Notes: generated by a model from the sequence alone, not told the origin. 64,000 nt of DNA from Nitrospirales bacterium (GCA_963555755.3 OY820905.2:1024001-1088000); one strand, 5' to 3'. Shown: positions 46,520 through 56,173, numbered from the stretch's first letter. Numbers and translations are program-made.

Positions 46520-47119
46520 ATGATGGTCTATTGTAAAGTGTGGGGTCATTCTCGCCTTGGTATTATCATCTGCTTGCTGCTGACCACTTTCTTTGTAGCC
46601 ATTCAGCATGGTCAGGCAGACGATTTCCTTGATGAACCAGTGGACACACTCGACACTATTGAGGTTCCAGCTACGGCCCTCATTCAAGAGGAACGAACCA
46701 TTTCAATCCCGTTTCCCACCATGACTGACTTAGCTCCCCTTCCCTCGGCGTATATGATTCCCTTTCATCCTAGGCAACAAGTCACGCCACAAGGGGCCTT
46801 AGGAAAAGTGGCCCGCGATCCCATTGCCGACGTGAAAGGAAAACGGACACCAGTCAGGCCTGCCAAGGCTGAACGTCCCCCCTATCCGCACATCGCGCGA
46901 GAACAAGGATGGGAGGGCACCGTGGTGCTGAGAATCAAAGTGAACCGGGGAGGGTCCGTTGATGCCATCACAACACGGAAAAGTTCGGGGTTTCCCATTC
47001 TCGATGACAGCGCCCTCCAATCAGTCAAAAAGTGGACATTTAAACCAGCCAAGGATGGAGAATTTCCCATTTCCGCAACGGTCGATCTTCCCATTCGCTT
47101 TGACCTGGATACACCATAA
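46520..47119 (+). CDS. tonB: Short TonB-family energy transducer
   Basis: PPYPHIAREQGWEGTV...SSGFPILD. Confidence 0.85.
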   Translation: MMVYCKVWGHSRLGIIICLLLTTFFVAIQHGQADDFLDEPVDTLDTIEVPATALIQEERTISIPFPTMTDLAPLPSAYMIPFHPRQQVTPQGALGKVARDPIADVKGKRTPVRPAKAERPPYPHIAREQGWEGTVVLRIKVNRGGSVDAITTRKSSGFPILDDSALQSVKKWTFKPAKDGEFPISATVDLPIRFDLDTP

Positions 47120-47154
47120 CGAGATTTAATCATCCCCTTACGATCAGAGGCATT

Positions 47155-48213
47155 ATGAGTCCACGATTATCTGTTTTTTACACCATTCGGATCACACTGT
47201 TCTCGCTCTTGATAGGACTAAGCTTACCTTTCTCGAGTTGGGCTGATGAAGCCCAAGATCTGTATAACCAAGCGCTCTCCCACGTGCAACGCCAAGATTT
47301 TCAGCAAGCGGCCCAGTCACTCCAGCAAGCTGTCCAGATCTTCCCACGGTTTGCAGTCGCGCACCACTTATTAGGCGTCGTGCTGTTTACCGGATTGAAT
47401 CAATCTGACCAAGCCATTCAGCATTTGGAACAAGCTGTCACGCTACATCACAATTTTGCCCGCGCGTACCTCGACCTCGGTCTCGCGCATCAACATGCCG
47501 GGAACATGCCCAAGGCCAAACTCGCCTTACAAAAAGCCGTGGAGATTTATCCACGATATGCCGAAGCCCAACTCAATCTGGCTTTCGTGTATGACCAGAT
47601 GCAGTCCCCACAACACGCCATTGACGCCTACAATGCCGCACTGAAGCTTAACCCGAAACAACCCGCGGCTCTGTATAACCTTGCCACCCTGTACGACAGC
47701 CAAGGGAACACCACCCAGGCCAAACAGTATTTAGAAAAATTGATCAAGATCGATCCCAAGCACGCCAATGCCTGGTTAACGTTGGCCCAACTGGCGGAAA
47801 AACAGAACCAAACGAGTCAAGCCATTCAGGCCTACCAACGAGCCTTGAACGCAAACAACGATTTACTCGAAGCTCATTATGCGTTGGGGTTTTTGTTCCA
47901 GGCCCAAGACCAATCCCAAGAAGCGGCGAAACACTTTACGCAGGTCATCCGGCTCGATTCTCAACATGCTGAAGCCCATTTGAACCTTGGCGTCCTCTAT
48001 GCCAATTTGGACCTACTTGACCAGGCTGAGCACGAATACCAATCCGCCATCTCCCTCAAACCCAAACTGGTCGAAGCCTACTATAACCTTGGAGTCTTTT
48101 ATGAATTCTACCGAAAAGATACTGGCCGGGCATTGACCCAATACCAAAAATATGTCCAACTTGGCGGAAATGACGAGCGAGTGAAAAAGCTACTCAAGAA
48201 AACCAGTCAGTGA
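47155..48213 (+). CDS. Exported TPR protein
   Basis: Signal peptide ending SWA; about 9 TPR motifs. Confidence 0.9.
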   Translation: MSPRLSVFYTIRITLFSLLIGLSLPFSSWADEAQDLYNQALSHVQRQDFQQAAQSLQQAVQIFPRFAVAHHLLGVVLFTGLNQSDQAIQHLEQAVTLHHNFARAYLDLGLAHQHAGNMPKAKLALQKAVEIYPRYAEAQLNLAFVYDQMQSPQHAIDAYNAALKLNPKQPAALYNLATLYDSQGNTTQAKQYLEKLIKIDPKHANAWLTLAQLAEKQNQTSQAIQAYQRALNANNDLLEAHYALGFLFQAQDQSQEAAKHFTQVIRLDSQHAEAHLNLGVLYANLDLLDQAEHEYQSAISLKPKLVEAYYNLGVFYEFYRKDTGRALTQYQKYVQLGGNDERVKKLLKKTSQ

Positions 48214-48222
48214 CCCACTGAT

Positions 48223-49131
48223 ATGAGAATGGTTCTGCCACATCCGCCGTTGATACCCTTCTGGGCATGGTCTACACTCCTTCATGTTGGGACCATCGCA
48301 CTGTTCAGTTTCATCCATTTTTCAAATACGATCGAGAACACAGCATCTGTGGTTCAAGTCACCTTGGTCGAATCAGCCACGCCGGGACCGACACCCGCCC
48401 AGGCTCAACCGGAGCGGGAGAAGGTTTCTCCCAAAGCTCCTCCCCTCCTACATGCACGACGACCTGCTCCGCCTAGGCTTCACCACACGATTCCGACTCT
48501 GCAACCGCTCAAGACTCCAACCGCACGAACAACCATTGCCCAAGTGGCTGCTCCCTTGAAACGTCAAAAAATGGTCACGTCTCTACAACGGCACGTGCTC
48601 CAGGATAGCCGTGCCACCGACCACCTACAACTCAAAAATTATTTCAAAATGGCCCAACGTGCTCCAGCTTCACGAACGACTTCACAACCCATGAAGCCGC
48701 AATTAGATGTTTCGTCATCGTCTCCTTTTCTTCCAACCCAGATGCCTACTCGCACCCTGGCAACCTTGACTTCCCGAGCCACACCGGCCATACATCGTTC
48801 GCTAACACCGCAGGTACTCAAAGCCAGGGCACCAGGAACCAGTGGCATTTCCAAATCCAAAGTGGATTTTGGCCGAACCATTCCCCCTGTCTATCCGAGA
48901 ATTGCCCGAGAATCGGGTTGGGAAGGGACTGTCCTTGTCCGCGTCGCGGTCCAACCGGATGGAAGCCCTGATTCCATTAAAGTTCGAAAAAGTAGTGGAC
49001 ACCCCGTGTTAGATCATGCGGCGATTGACGCGATTAAAAAGTGGAGATTTTTACCCGCAAAAGATGGGAATATCCCAATCCGCAGCATCGTGGAAATCCC
49101 GATCAATTTTGACTTGAGAAAACAAGGATGA
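48223..49131 (+). CDS. tonB: TonB-family energy transducer
   Basis: TM SxxxH motif (STLLH), Pro-rich linker, YPRIARESGWEG. Confidence 0.9.
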   Translation: MRMVLPHPPLIPFWAWSTLLHVGTIALFSFIHFSNTIENTASVVQVTLVESATPGPTPAQAQPEREKVSPKAPPLLHARRPAPPRLHHTIPTLQPLKTPTARTTIAQVAAPLKRQKMVTSLQRHVLQDSRATDHLQLKNYFKMAQRAPASRTTSQPMKPQLDVSSSSPFLPTQMPTRTLATLTSRATPAIHRSLTPQVLKARAPGTSGISKSKVDFGRTIPPVYPRIARESGWEGTVLVRVAVQPDGSPDSIKVRKSSGHPVLDHAAIDAIKKWRFLPAKDGNIPIRSIVEIPINFDLRKQG

Positions 49132-49150
49132 TCCACAAGGATGTCACCCC

Positions 49151-49792
49151 ATGATTGAAATCCTCATCGCCGGCGGATGGATGATGATTCCCATCGTCCT
49201 TTGCTCCCTCATCGCCGTAGCCATCATCCTTGATCGGGGATGGCATTTTTATCACATGCCAACCAATGACAATGCGGATCACATGGTGAGGCTGGTGGCC
49301 AAGGGCAAATTTACGGACGCACTGGCCTTAAACGAACGCGAGCCCCATTCCCTTCTCCGCGTATTGAGCGCCGGCATTCATTCGCGTTCCTCCGGCCCGG
49401 AAAAAGCCATGGAAGCTACCGGCATCGCGGAGCTCACCCATCTGAAACGCGGCCTTCCCGCATTGGATACGATCATTACCTTAGCCCCACTCCTTGGCCT
49501 CCTGGGCACGATTATCGGCATGATCGATTCCTTCGGGATCATGGCAGATCAAGGAATTGGACAGCCGCATGCCGTGACCGGTGGGGTGGCGGAAGCCTTG
49601 ATTTGTACCGCCGGGGGCATCGTTGTCGCGGTCATCGCCCTCGTCCCCTACAACTACTTTCTCGCTCGCATCGAACAACACTCCGAACTCATTGAATACT
49701 ATGCCACACGCATGGAGTCAGCCCTCAAAGAAACTACGGAGAACACCACAAGTGCGACTGCCAGCCACCGCAAAAAAGAAAGCCCGAATTGA
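49151..49792 (+). CDS. exbB: ExbB/TolQ proton channel
   Basis: APLLGLLGTIIGMI, GVAEALICTA. Confidence 0.92.
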   Translation: MIEILIAGGWMMIPIVLCSLIAVAIILDRGWHFYHMPTNDNADHMVRLVAKGKFTDALALNEREPHSLLRVLSAGIHSRSSGPEKAMEATGIAELTHLKRGLPALDTIITLAPLLGLLGTIIGMIDSFGIMADQGIGQPHAVTGGVAEALICTAGGIVVAVIALVPYNYFLARIEQHSELIEYYATRMESALKETTENTTSATASHRKKESPN

Positions 49793-50156
49793 GATCATTC
49801 CCATGATCGACACCATGTTTTTTCTACTGGTGTTCTTTATGATTGCGACGCTCTCGATGACCATGCAAAAGGGCATACCGGTCAACCTTCCCACATCCGG
49901 CTCGGCAACGGAGATTGTTCCCGAAGAGGTTTCCTTGACTCTTACGAAGAATGGACAATTATTCTTTAACAAAGAACCCATCGGGATCTTGGATCTTGAA
50001 CCCCGACTGCAAAATCTGGTACATAAAGGAGGAGAGCCGTCTGTCGTGATCAATGCCGATGAAGCGGTTTCCCATGGCCGAGTCATTGCGGTGATGGATT
50101 CCGTAAGAAAAACCGGCATACACACTATGGCCATTGCCATCAAACCTGACCACTAA
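49752..50156 (+). CDS. exbD: ExbD/TolR
   Basis: IEIIPMIDTMFFLLVFFM, VINAD. Confidence 0.92.
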   Translation: MRLPATAKKKARIEIIPMIDTMFFLLVFFMIATLSMTMQKGIPVNLPTSGSATEIVPEEVSLTLTKNGQLFFNKEPIGILDLEPRLQNLVHKGGEPSVVINADEAVSHGRVIAVMDSVRKTGIHTMAIAIKPDH

Positions 50157-50166
50157 CCAGGTCCTT

Positions 50167-50475
50167 ATGCAACGGATCTTCACTACACGAACAGTCTTCT
50201 CGGTTGCGGCAGGCGTCGTTGTCAGTATTTACTTCTCGCTCGCGTTAGTCGCCTTCTTTTGCGCCACGACCCATGCCAGCCATCATGGTCATCAAGCCCC
50301 CCATTCATCGTTATGTACTTGGGCGTGCCAAGCCAATAATTCCGTTAGCCTGGTATCCCTCGCCATCCCTCTTCTGGCCATTCTGATTTCGGTTGTGATT
50401 TTTGAACGTGAATTTTCTGCCTCTCTCACCCCAACCAGAGTGTTCCACACACCTCGCGGTCCTCCTCGGATTTAA
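50167..50475 (+). CDS. DUF2946/CruR-like putative arrest peptide 1
   Basis: TM segment, HASHHGH, CTWAC, C-terminal PRGPP. Confidence 0.7.
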   Translation: MQRIFTTRTVFSVAAGVVVSIYFSLALVAFFCATTHASHHGHQAPHSSLCTWACQANNSVSLVSLAIPLLAILISVVIFEREFSASLTPTRVFHTPRGPPRI

Positions 50476-50586
50476 CTTTCCACCATTATTTCTTCAGTCA
50501 AAAACCGTAGGTTGTAATCCGTCGTTCGTATTTCGTGAAAGAACAATTTTCGAAATACACAGTCGATTCAGAGAGTGGAGGCAATC

Positions 50587-51132
50587 GTGACATCTTTGAT
50601 AGGGAGACTGTTCCTTGGACTTGTCGTCGTGGGAATTGGAACTGCCTTGTGCGTGAGTGTATGGGGCATGGGATCGCGTGTCCCGATCCAAGGCACCACA
50701 GCCACTGAATTCGAATTAACCGACCTTCAGGGTGGCAACCATCGCCTTTCACAATATCGAGGAAAGGTCGTGCTTCTCAATTTTTGGGCAACGTGGTGTG
50801 TCCCCTGCACCAAAGAAATGCCCGCGATGCAGGCAGCCTATGATCGCCTCAAGGACAAAGGACTCGTCGTCCTGGCTGTAAACGAATTGGAAGATGTGGA
50901 CCAAGTGAGGGCTCACATCGAAGAGCATGGCCATACGTTTCCCGTTTTACTCGACCCCAACAACCAGGTGGCGAATCTTTATGGCGTGTACGGACTTCCT
51001 GTCACGGTGTTCATTGATCGACAGGGAATCGTTCAGGAATACCTGAAAGGTGGGCTGTTAACCAAAGAACGAATTCATCGGATCTTTGAACAACTCACAA
51101 CGGATCGACAGAAATTGGCATTGCGAAAATAA
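50587..51132 (+). CDS. TlpA/ResA-family thiol-disulfide oxidoreductase
   Basis: LLNFWATWCVPC, GLPVTVFID; GGAGG RBS before GTG at 50587. Confidence 0.92.
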   Translation: MTSLIGRLFLGLVVVGIGTALCVSVWGMGSRVPIQGTTATEFELTDLQGGNHRLSQYRGKVVLLNFWATWCVPCTKEMPAMQAAYDRLKDKGLVVLAVNELEDVDQVRAHIEEHGHTFPVLLDPNNQVANLYGVYGLPVTVFIDRQGIVQEYLKGGLLTKERIHRIFEQLTTDRQKLALRK

Positions 51133-51158
51133 TAATAATAATAAGGATCAGGACATTC

Positions 51159-51479
51159 ATGATTCGACAAGTCGTGACATTGACCGTGCTGGGGTGCCTG
51201 CTGGCACTCAACGGTGCGGCGTTGCCCCAAGTGGTCATGCATAGCATGCACCATGACCACCACTCTTCCTCTACCCACAATTCTCCCATCTGTTTCTGGG
51301 TGTGTACCGCGGGACAGATGGAAGAATCAACGACTATCCTGCCTATTCAAATCACGCAGATCATCGACATCATTGACCCTCAACTTTTTTCGTTTCATCC
51401 TACAGCGGCAATTGCCTACCAATACGCTCGTGGCCCTCCACCATCATTTCTCGCGAGATTGACTGCAACAACACTGTAG
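51159..51479 (+). CDS. DUF2946/CruR-like putative arrest peptide 2
   Basis: Signal/TM segment, HSMHHDHH, CFWVC, ARGPPP. Confidence 0.7.
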   Translation: MIRQVVTLTVLGCLLALNGAALPQVVMHSMHHDHHSSSTHNSPICFWVCTAGQMEESTTILPIQITQIIDIIDPQLFSFHPTAAIAYQYARGPPPSFLARLTATTL

Positions 51480-51623
51480 AACTCTTCTCAATTCAGCATT
51501 GAACCCCTTCCGATTATTGAAGGGCCATCGGGGATTGGAGAGCTGTATCTCCGCACGTCAACTAATCAAGGGATGCTGACGCCGAGAATGTATTTCCATT
51601 CAAGGAGCAAGGAGTTTCACGAA

Positions 51624-52691
51624 ATGAATATGCGCTTTTCGACTATAGGTTTTGCCATTGTGGCTGGATGTCTCACGATTTTGGTTTCAGGCCAACCAAT
51701 CATGGCCTCATGCGGGTCGGCAAACTGTTTCATGGTCATCGGGTCGCAAGCGGGCATTCCACAAAGAGGAACCGTGACAACGAACATCATGTACACCAAC
51801 ATTAATCAAGGGGATCTCCTTGATGGGACAACCGGTGTCATCCCTGCGGTCGAAGTCGATGACCGGAAAATCGTGCTTGGCGAACACCGGGAACGCTCAA
51901 CCCGAACGCAAATCACCACCGTTGACATCAACGTGGGTATCACGGACCGAGTCGCCTTTCAGGTCACGGTCCCAATTGTAGACCGCTCTCACCTCCATCA
52001 AATTGAAATTGATACGCCCGAACAAGCAGATGAAACATTTAATGACACGGGACTTGGCGATATTCGCCTCACGGGGAAATACAATGTCTTGACCTCCCTT
52101 CAGAACTTGGTCATCCTGGGCTTTGGCATTGATCTCCCTACAGGAAAGGCCAGGTCAAATGCTGATGGCAAGCAAAAAATACAGGAACCGGGCCTACAGC
52201 TTGGCCGAGGCAACGTGGGACTCATTGGCTCAGTGTACCAGGCGCACCAAATTATTCCACAAGTCCTTGGCCAGTTTTCCTCTGCCTCCTACCGACATAC
52301 TTTCCGGAATGACGCCGGTTATCAATTTGGAGACGAGTACATTCTCAGCGCCGGACTGAATTGGCAGACCTTCACCTGGTTGGTGCTCACGGGACAAGTC
52401 AACTGGCGCTATTTGGTCCATGACAATTTTAGTGGGTCCGTACATTCACATCCTGGTGGTGTCGTGATTGACGCAGCAATCAAAGACCGACGCGTCCCAA
52501 CGACCGGTTCGACCACTTTAATGTTTACCCCAGGCATCACGGTGCAAAACCTTCCCTTTGCTCCGAACACGGCCGCCTATGTTAATGTTCAAATCCCGGT
52601 GGCTCGCGACTTCAACAACAACCTGGCGCAGGATGTGAGTTTTATTATTGGCATTTCCCATTTCTTTAACCTATTTGGCGATAACGCGTAA
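51624..52691 (+). CDS. Putative outer-membrane beta-barrel transporter with N-terminal CxxxxC
   Basis: Signal peptide followed by SCGSANC; GLGDIRL, LPTG, alternating strands, GISHFF near the end. Confidence 0.7.
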   Translation: MNMRFSTIGFAIVAGCLTILVSGQPIMASCGSANCFMVIGSQAGIPQRGTVTTNIMYTNINQGDLLDGTTGVIPAVEVDDRKIVLGEHRERSTRTQITTVDINVGITDRVAFQVTVPIVDRSHLHQIEIDTPEQADETFNDTGLGDIRLTGKYNVLTSLQNLVILGFGIDLPTGKARSNADGKQKIQEPGLQLGRGNVGLIGSVYQAHQIIPQVLGQFSSASYRHTFRNDAGYQFGDEYILSAGLNWQTFTWLVLTGQVNWRYLVHDNFSGSVHSHPGGVVIDAAIKDRRVPTTGSTTLMFTPGITVQNLPFAPNTAAYVNVQIPVARDFNNNLAQDVSFIIGISHFFNLFGDNA

Positions 52692-52894
52692 AAGGAAGCA
52701 ACGAAGTATCAGGCATGGATACGCACCTCTTTCCAATTTGAAAAGGCTCTATGAAACATGCTGGTCTATTGATGGTGTTAGCCTTTGGACATTCCTCCAT
52801 TCACTTCAGTGTAGCTTTCACTAGCTGAATCAGTGCATAATGTTCTTCACTCATAGATGAGCTCTGTGAAATTTCTTGGTCGCGGTGAAACAAC

Positions 52895-53491
52895 ATGAAA
52901 AAAATTCTTATTATTGGAGTAATTTCAGCACTTGGGTTGCTCATTGTCGTAATGTGGTTGTTACCTGGAGCTTTTAGTGCCAAGGGCAAGCCCCCGGAAT
53001 GGGAGATCTCGATGGCCAGATTCGCTCGACACCTGGCGACACCCAGTCAATGGAGTGATGCCAAAAATCCGGTCGAGCCCTCTCCTGAAATTTTAGCAGA
53101 GGCTCTTCATCATTTTGCGGATCACTGCGCCAACTGCCATGCCAACGATGGGAGTGGGAAAATCCCAAATGGACCAAACTTTTATCCACCGGTTTCTGAC
53201 CTTCGTTCTGACACCATTCAAGCCATGTCAGATGGTGAGTTGTTTTACGTGATCCATTTTGGTGTTCGATTCTCGGGCATGCCTTCCTGGGGTGATGACA
53301 ATCCGGAAAAGGATACCGAGAGTTGGACATTAGTCCATTTCATTCGGCACCTCCCCAAAATCACACCAGAGGAAATTGCCCAAATGAAAGCCATGAACCC
53401 GATGACCACTCAGGAACGTGCCGAGCAGGAAGCCATGGATGCATTCTTAGCCGGAGAAGATTTCGAACCCACAGCCGGGAGTCATCATTAA
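52895..53491 (+). CDS. Membrane-anchored monoheme c-type cytochrome
   Basis: CANCH, SDGELFYVI..G...SGMP.W. Confidence 0.9.
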   Translation: MKKILIIGVISALGLLIVVMWLLPGAFSAKGKPPEWEISMARFARHLATPSQWSDAKNPVEPSPEILAEALHHFADHCANCHANDGSGKIPNGPNFYPPVSDLRSDTIQAMSDGELFYVIHFGVRFSGMPSWGDDNPEKDTESWTLVHFIRHLPKITPEEIAQMKAMNPMTTQERAEQEAMDAFLAGEDFEPTAGSHH

Positions 53492-53508
53492 CTACATAAG
53501 GATATGTC

Positions 53509-53820
53509 ATGAAACGATTTCTTGCACTCACCATTCTCGTTGCCATTCTTGCTTGTCCCCTCTTCGTTGGCGCTCACGGGAATGATGCTCATGTCCTTGG
53601 CACCGTGGCGGAGACCACCCAAGATCAGATCACTATAAAAACGCTAAAGGGGAAATCCATCACACTCGCCATCACCGCAGATACGACCTTTCAACACAAC
53701 GGGATCGCAACCAAGGAAGCACGACCTCAAGTCGGGAATCGGTTGATTGCAGAAGCGGAAAAAGATGGAGACACATTTATAGCGAAACACATCAAATTTT
53801 CCTCACCCAAATCAAAGTAG
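53509..53820 (+). CDS. Small periplasmic OB-fold-like protein with N-terminal His (putative metal binding)
   Basis: Signal peptide followed by HGNDAHVLGTV. Confidence 0.7.
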   Translation: MKRFLALTILVAILACPLFVGAHGNDAHVLGTVAETTQDQITIKTLKGKSITLAITADTTFQHNGIATKEARPQVGNRLIAEAEKDGDTFIAKHIKFSSPKSK

Positions 53821-53998
53821 GACCTGAGAGAAAATAACTTGGACACTATCGCGCCAAGATTTGGGTCGGATTTGGACGGAACGATTGAGAAACACCCGAG
53901 GCATAGCACAGCTATGGTGAGGGTTTTTCGATTGAGGCCCGTTCAAAGATGACCCGAAGATTGGATGCGAGATGTCCAAGGTGTTTTCTCTCAGGTCC
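53820..53998. mobile_element. GGACCTGAGAG-family MITE, copy 2 (inverted)
   Basis: Homologous to 23446-23625; flanked by TA/TA. Confidence 0.9.
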
Positions 53999-54111
53999 TA
54001 AGCCCGTTGCTGTTGGGTTCACCACATCCCTTATTCAGGGAAACCGGCCTTGTTGTCTGAACCAGGTGGTCTATTTTGACAGTTTCGTCAACCCTGAATT
54101 AGAAGCCATTA

Positions 54112-54294
54112 TCCTAGAAACAGCAGTTGGCTCACAAAAGTCCGCGCAAGAATACCTTCCCCTGTTTGGGCGTCGATCCATCCCGTCTGGCGGCGTTGTT
54201 CGTCCTTTCCATACGAGGAGTATGGGCAGTCCTCGCGCCTTGCCAGACAGGTGTCCCAGCACCCAAACATGCGAAGTTATTTTTGCGCGAGCCC
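54112..54294. mobile_element. Chimeric MITE (TCCTAGA left end plus GGGCTCGCGCAAG-family body)
   Basis: Switches family at CGCGCAAG; TTA on both flanks. Confidence 0.75.
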
Positions 54295-54405
54295 TTACCG
54301 TAAACCCTATTTCCGCCGATACAAATTTGGCACATCATGATCACGATGCAATTCTCTGACAGTCCGAATTGTACAACCTTTGAGTTTTGGTATAATGAAC
54401 CCGAT

Positions 54406-55188
54406 ATGGCTTTGATATTTTCTCAACGCATTATCCTAGATACGGCAGTTGGATCACAAAAGTCCGCGCAAGCTCTTGGCGCACATGGCACAATAAAACA
54501 ATGTCTCATCACCTCCGAGGTGACCACGACTTTTTGTATCGCACCATGCACACCAATATCTTACACGTCTTTTTTGCGCCCGACTGTCGTTTCTAGGATT
54601 ATTGCTGTTTTCTTTGTCTGTCTGTTCTGGATACCCAGCCAGGAGGCGTTCGCTGGAAAAGCCTCTGAAACCATCATGCACCTTCAGGAGACGATAGTGA
54701 AAATCATGAAGGAAGGGGACACGTTGGGATACCAGGGTCGCTATAGGGTTATCACCCCTGTCATTGAGCTTACCCATGACCTTTCTGTGATTGCACGCAT
54801 TGCGATCGGAAGACATTGGAAAAAACTGACAAAGGAGCAACAGGCAGGATTTACCAGCACCTTTCAAGAACTGAGCCACTCGACGTATGCTGATCGATTC
54901 AATAGTTACTCCGGGGAACAGTTTTCACTGATTTCCGAAAAATCTCTCAAGCGAAATCGCAAGCTCGTTCAAACACGATTTGTGAAAGCCGATGGTGAGG
55001 AAATACGATTTAACTACATCCTCCACCAAGTTCAGGATCAATGGAAGATAATAAATATTATGGTGAATGGCGTGAGTGATTTGGCCCTCAAACGAACCGA
55101 ATATGGGAGCATTTTGAAAAAGGATGGCTACACGACCCTCATTGAAAAATTACGTGCCCAAATCAAAGAAAGTGCGAATGGACTATAG
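54406..55188 (+). CDS. MlaC/HpnM-family periplasmic lipid-binding protein with an in-frame MITE in its signal peptide
   Basis: IARIAIGRHWK, TYADRF, WKIINIMVNGVSDL...RTEY. Confidence 0.85.
   Translation: MALIFSQRIILDTAVGSQKSAQALGAHGTIKQCLITSEVTTTFCIAPCTPISYTSFLRPTVVSRIIAVFFVCLFWIPSQEAFAGKASETIMHLQETIVKIMKEGDTLGYQGRYRVITPVIELTHDLSVIARIAIGRHWKKLTKEQQAGFTSTFQELSHSTYADRFNSYSGEQFSLISEKSLKRNRKLVQTRFVKADGEEIRFNYILHQVQDQWKIINIMVNGVSDLALKRTEYGSILKKDGYTTLIEKLRAQIKESANGL
54434..54598. mobile_element. 165-bp MITE (TCCTAGA family) inside the CDS
   Basis: IRs; TSD TTA; 165+3 bp = 56 codons with no stop. Confidence 0.88.
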
Positions 55189-55255
55189 TGTCAGTTGCTG
55201 GTAGGATAACTAAACGAAAAACAATGTGCTGCTTTCCTGGTCTTTCATAAAAGCT

Positions 55256-56128
55256 ATGTCAACCGATTCTCACAAATTACCCAATTGGCTGCTGGTTTTT
55301 GCTGTTATCGGAATAGTAACAGTATTCCCCAACACAACCTTGGCTGTAGACTCTCAGGATGACCCGTTTGAAGTCGTCAATCGCCCTGTCTATCAGGCCA
55401 ACGACCTTCTGGATCAATATGTGGCGGGACCGGTATCCCAAGTGTATATTGACTTTACCCCTGAACCCCTCCGTTCAACCGTCTCCAACTTCTTCGATAA
55501 TCTGCTGTACCTGAACGTGGTGTTGAACGACTTTTTGCAAGGCAAGGGTGAACAGGGACTCGCCGACTCAGGTCGATTCCTCATCAACAGTACATTTGGC
55601 GCCTTGGGGCTCTTCGACGTGGCAACGCCACTTGGTCTCAAACGGCACGACGAAGACTTTGGGCAAACTCTCGCCGTGTGGGGCATCGGGCAGGGATCAT
55701 ATTTAGTCCTCCCGTTTCTTGGGCCAACAACCGCACGAGATGTCCCAGACATCGGCGTCAGTGCCGTCACAAACATTCTTTTCTATGTCAGCAACCCAGT
55801 GATAGCCCCAGTGGCAATCCTGGGCTTTATCGACCAACGATCCCGTTTTGATCAGGCCATTCAAATCAGAAATGAACTGGCCGTCGAACCCTATCTCTTC
55901 ACTCGTGAAGCCTACATACAACACCGTAATTTCCTAATTTATGACGGAGACCCGCCGATCGACGACGATGATTTGTTCCTAGATGAATCATTTGCGGAAC
56001 TTGATCTTGAAGAGGCCGACCCTGTCCAGATCGAAGACGAGCCGGACCTAAAAAACCAAGAAATTGATCCACAGGCCAATAGCACCGACCCCTCCGACAC
56101 TCCATCGCGGACGGTGTCAATCCGCTAA
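55256..56128 (+). CDS. MlaA/VacJ-family protein
   Basis: DPFE..NR, RFLINSTFG, EDFGQTL..WG, YLVLPFLGPTT.RD. Confidence 0.92.
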   Translation: MSTDSHKLPNWLLVFAVIGIVTVFPNTTLAVDSQDDPFEVVNRPVYQANDLLDQYVAGPVSQVYIDFTPEPLRSTVSNFFDNLLYLNVVLNDFLQGKGEQGLADSGRFLINSTFGALGLFDVATPLGLKRHDEDFGQTLAVWGIGQGSYLVLPFLGPTTARDVPDIGVSAVTNILFYVSNPVIAPVAILGFIDQRSRFDQAIQIRNELAVEPYLFTREAYIQHRNFLIYDGDPPIDDDDLFLDESFAELDLEEADPVQIEDEPDLKNQEIDPQANSTDPSDTPSRTVSIR

Positions 56129-56173
56129 CCACCTTTTTCTCATTTCTTATCCCACTGTTTAAAAAGGCTCGGC

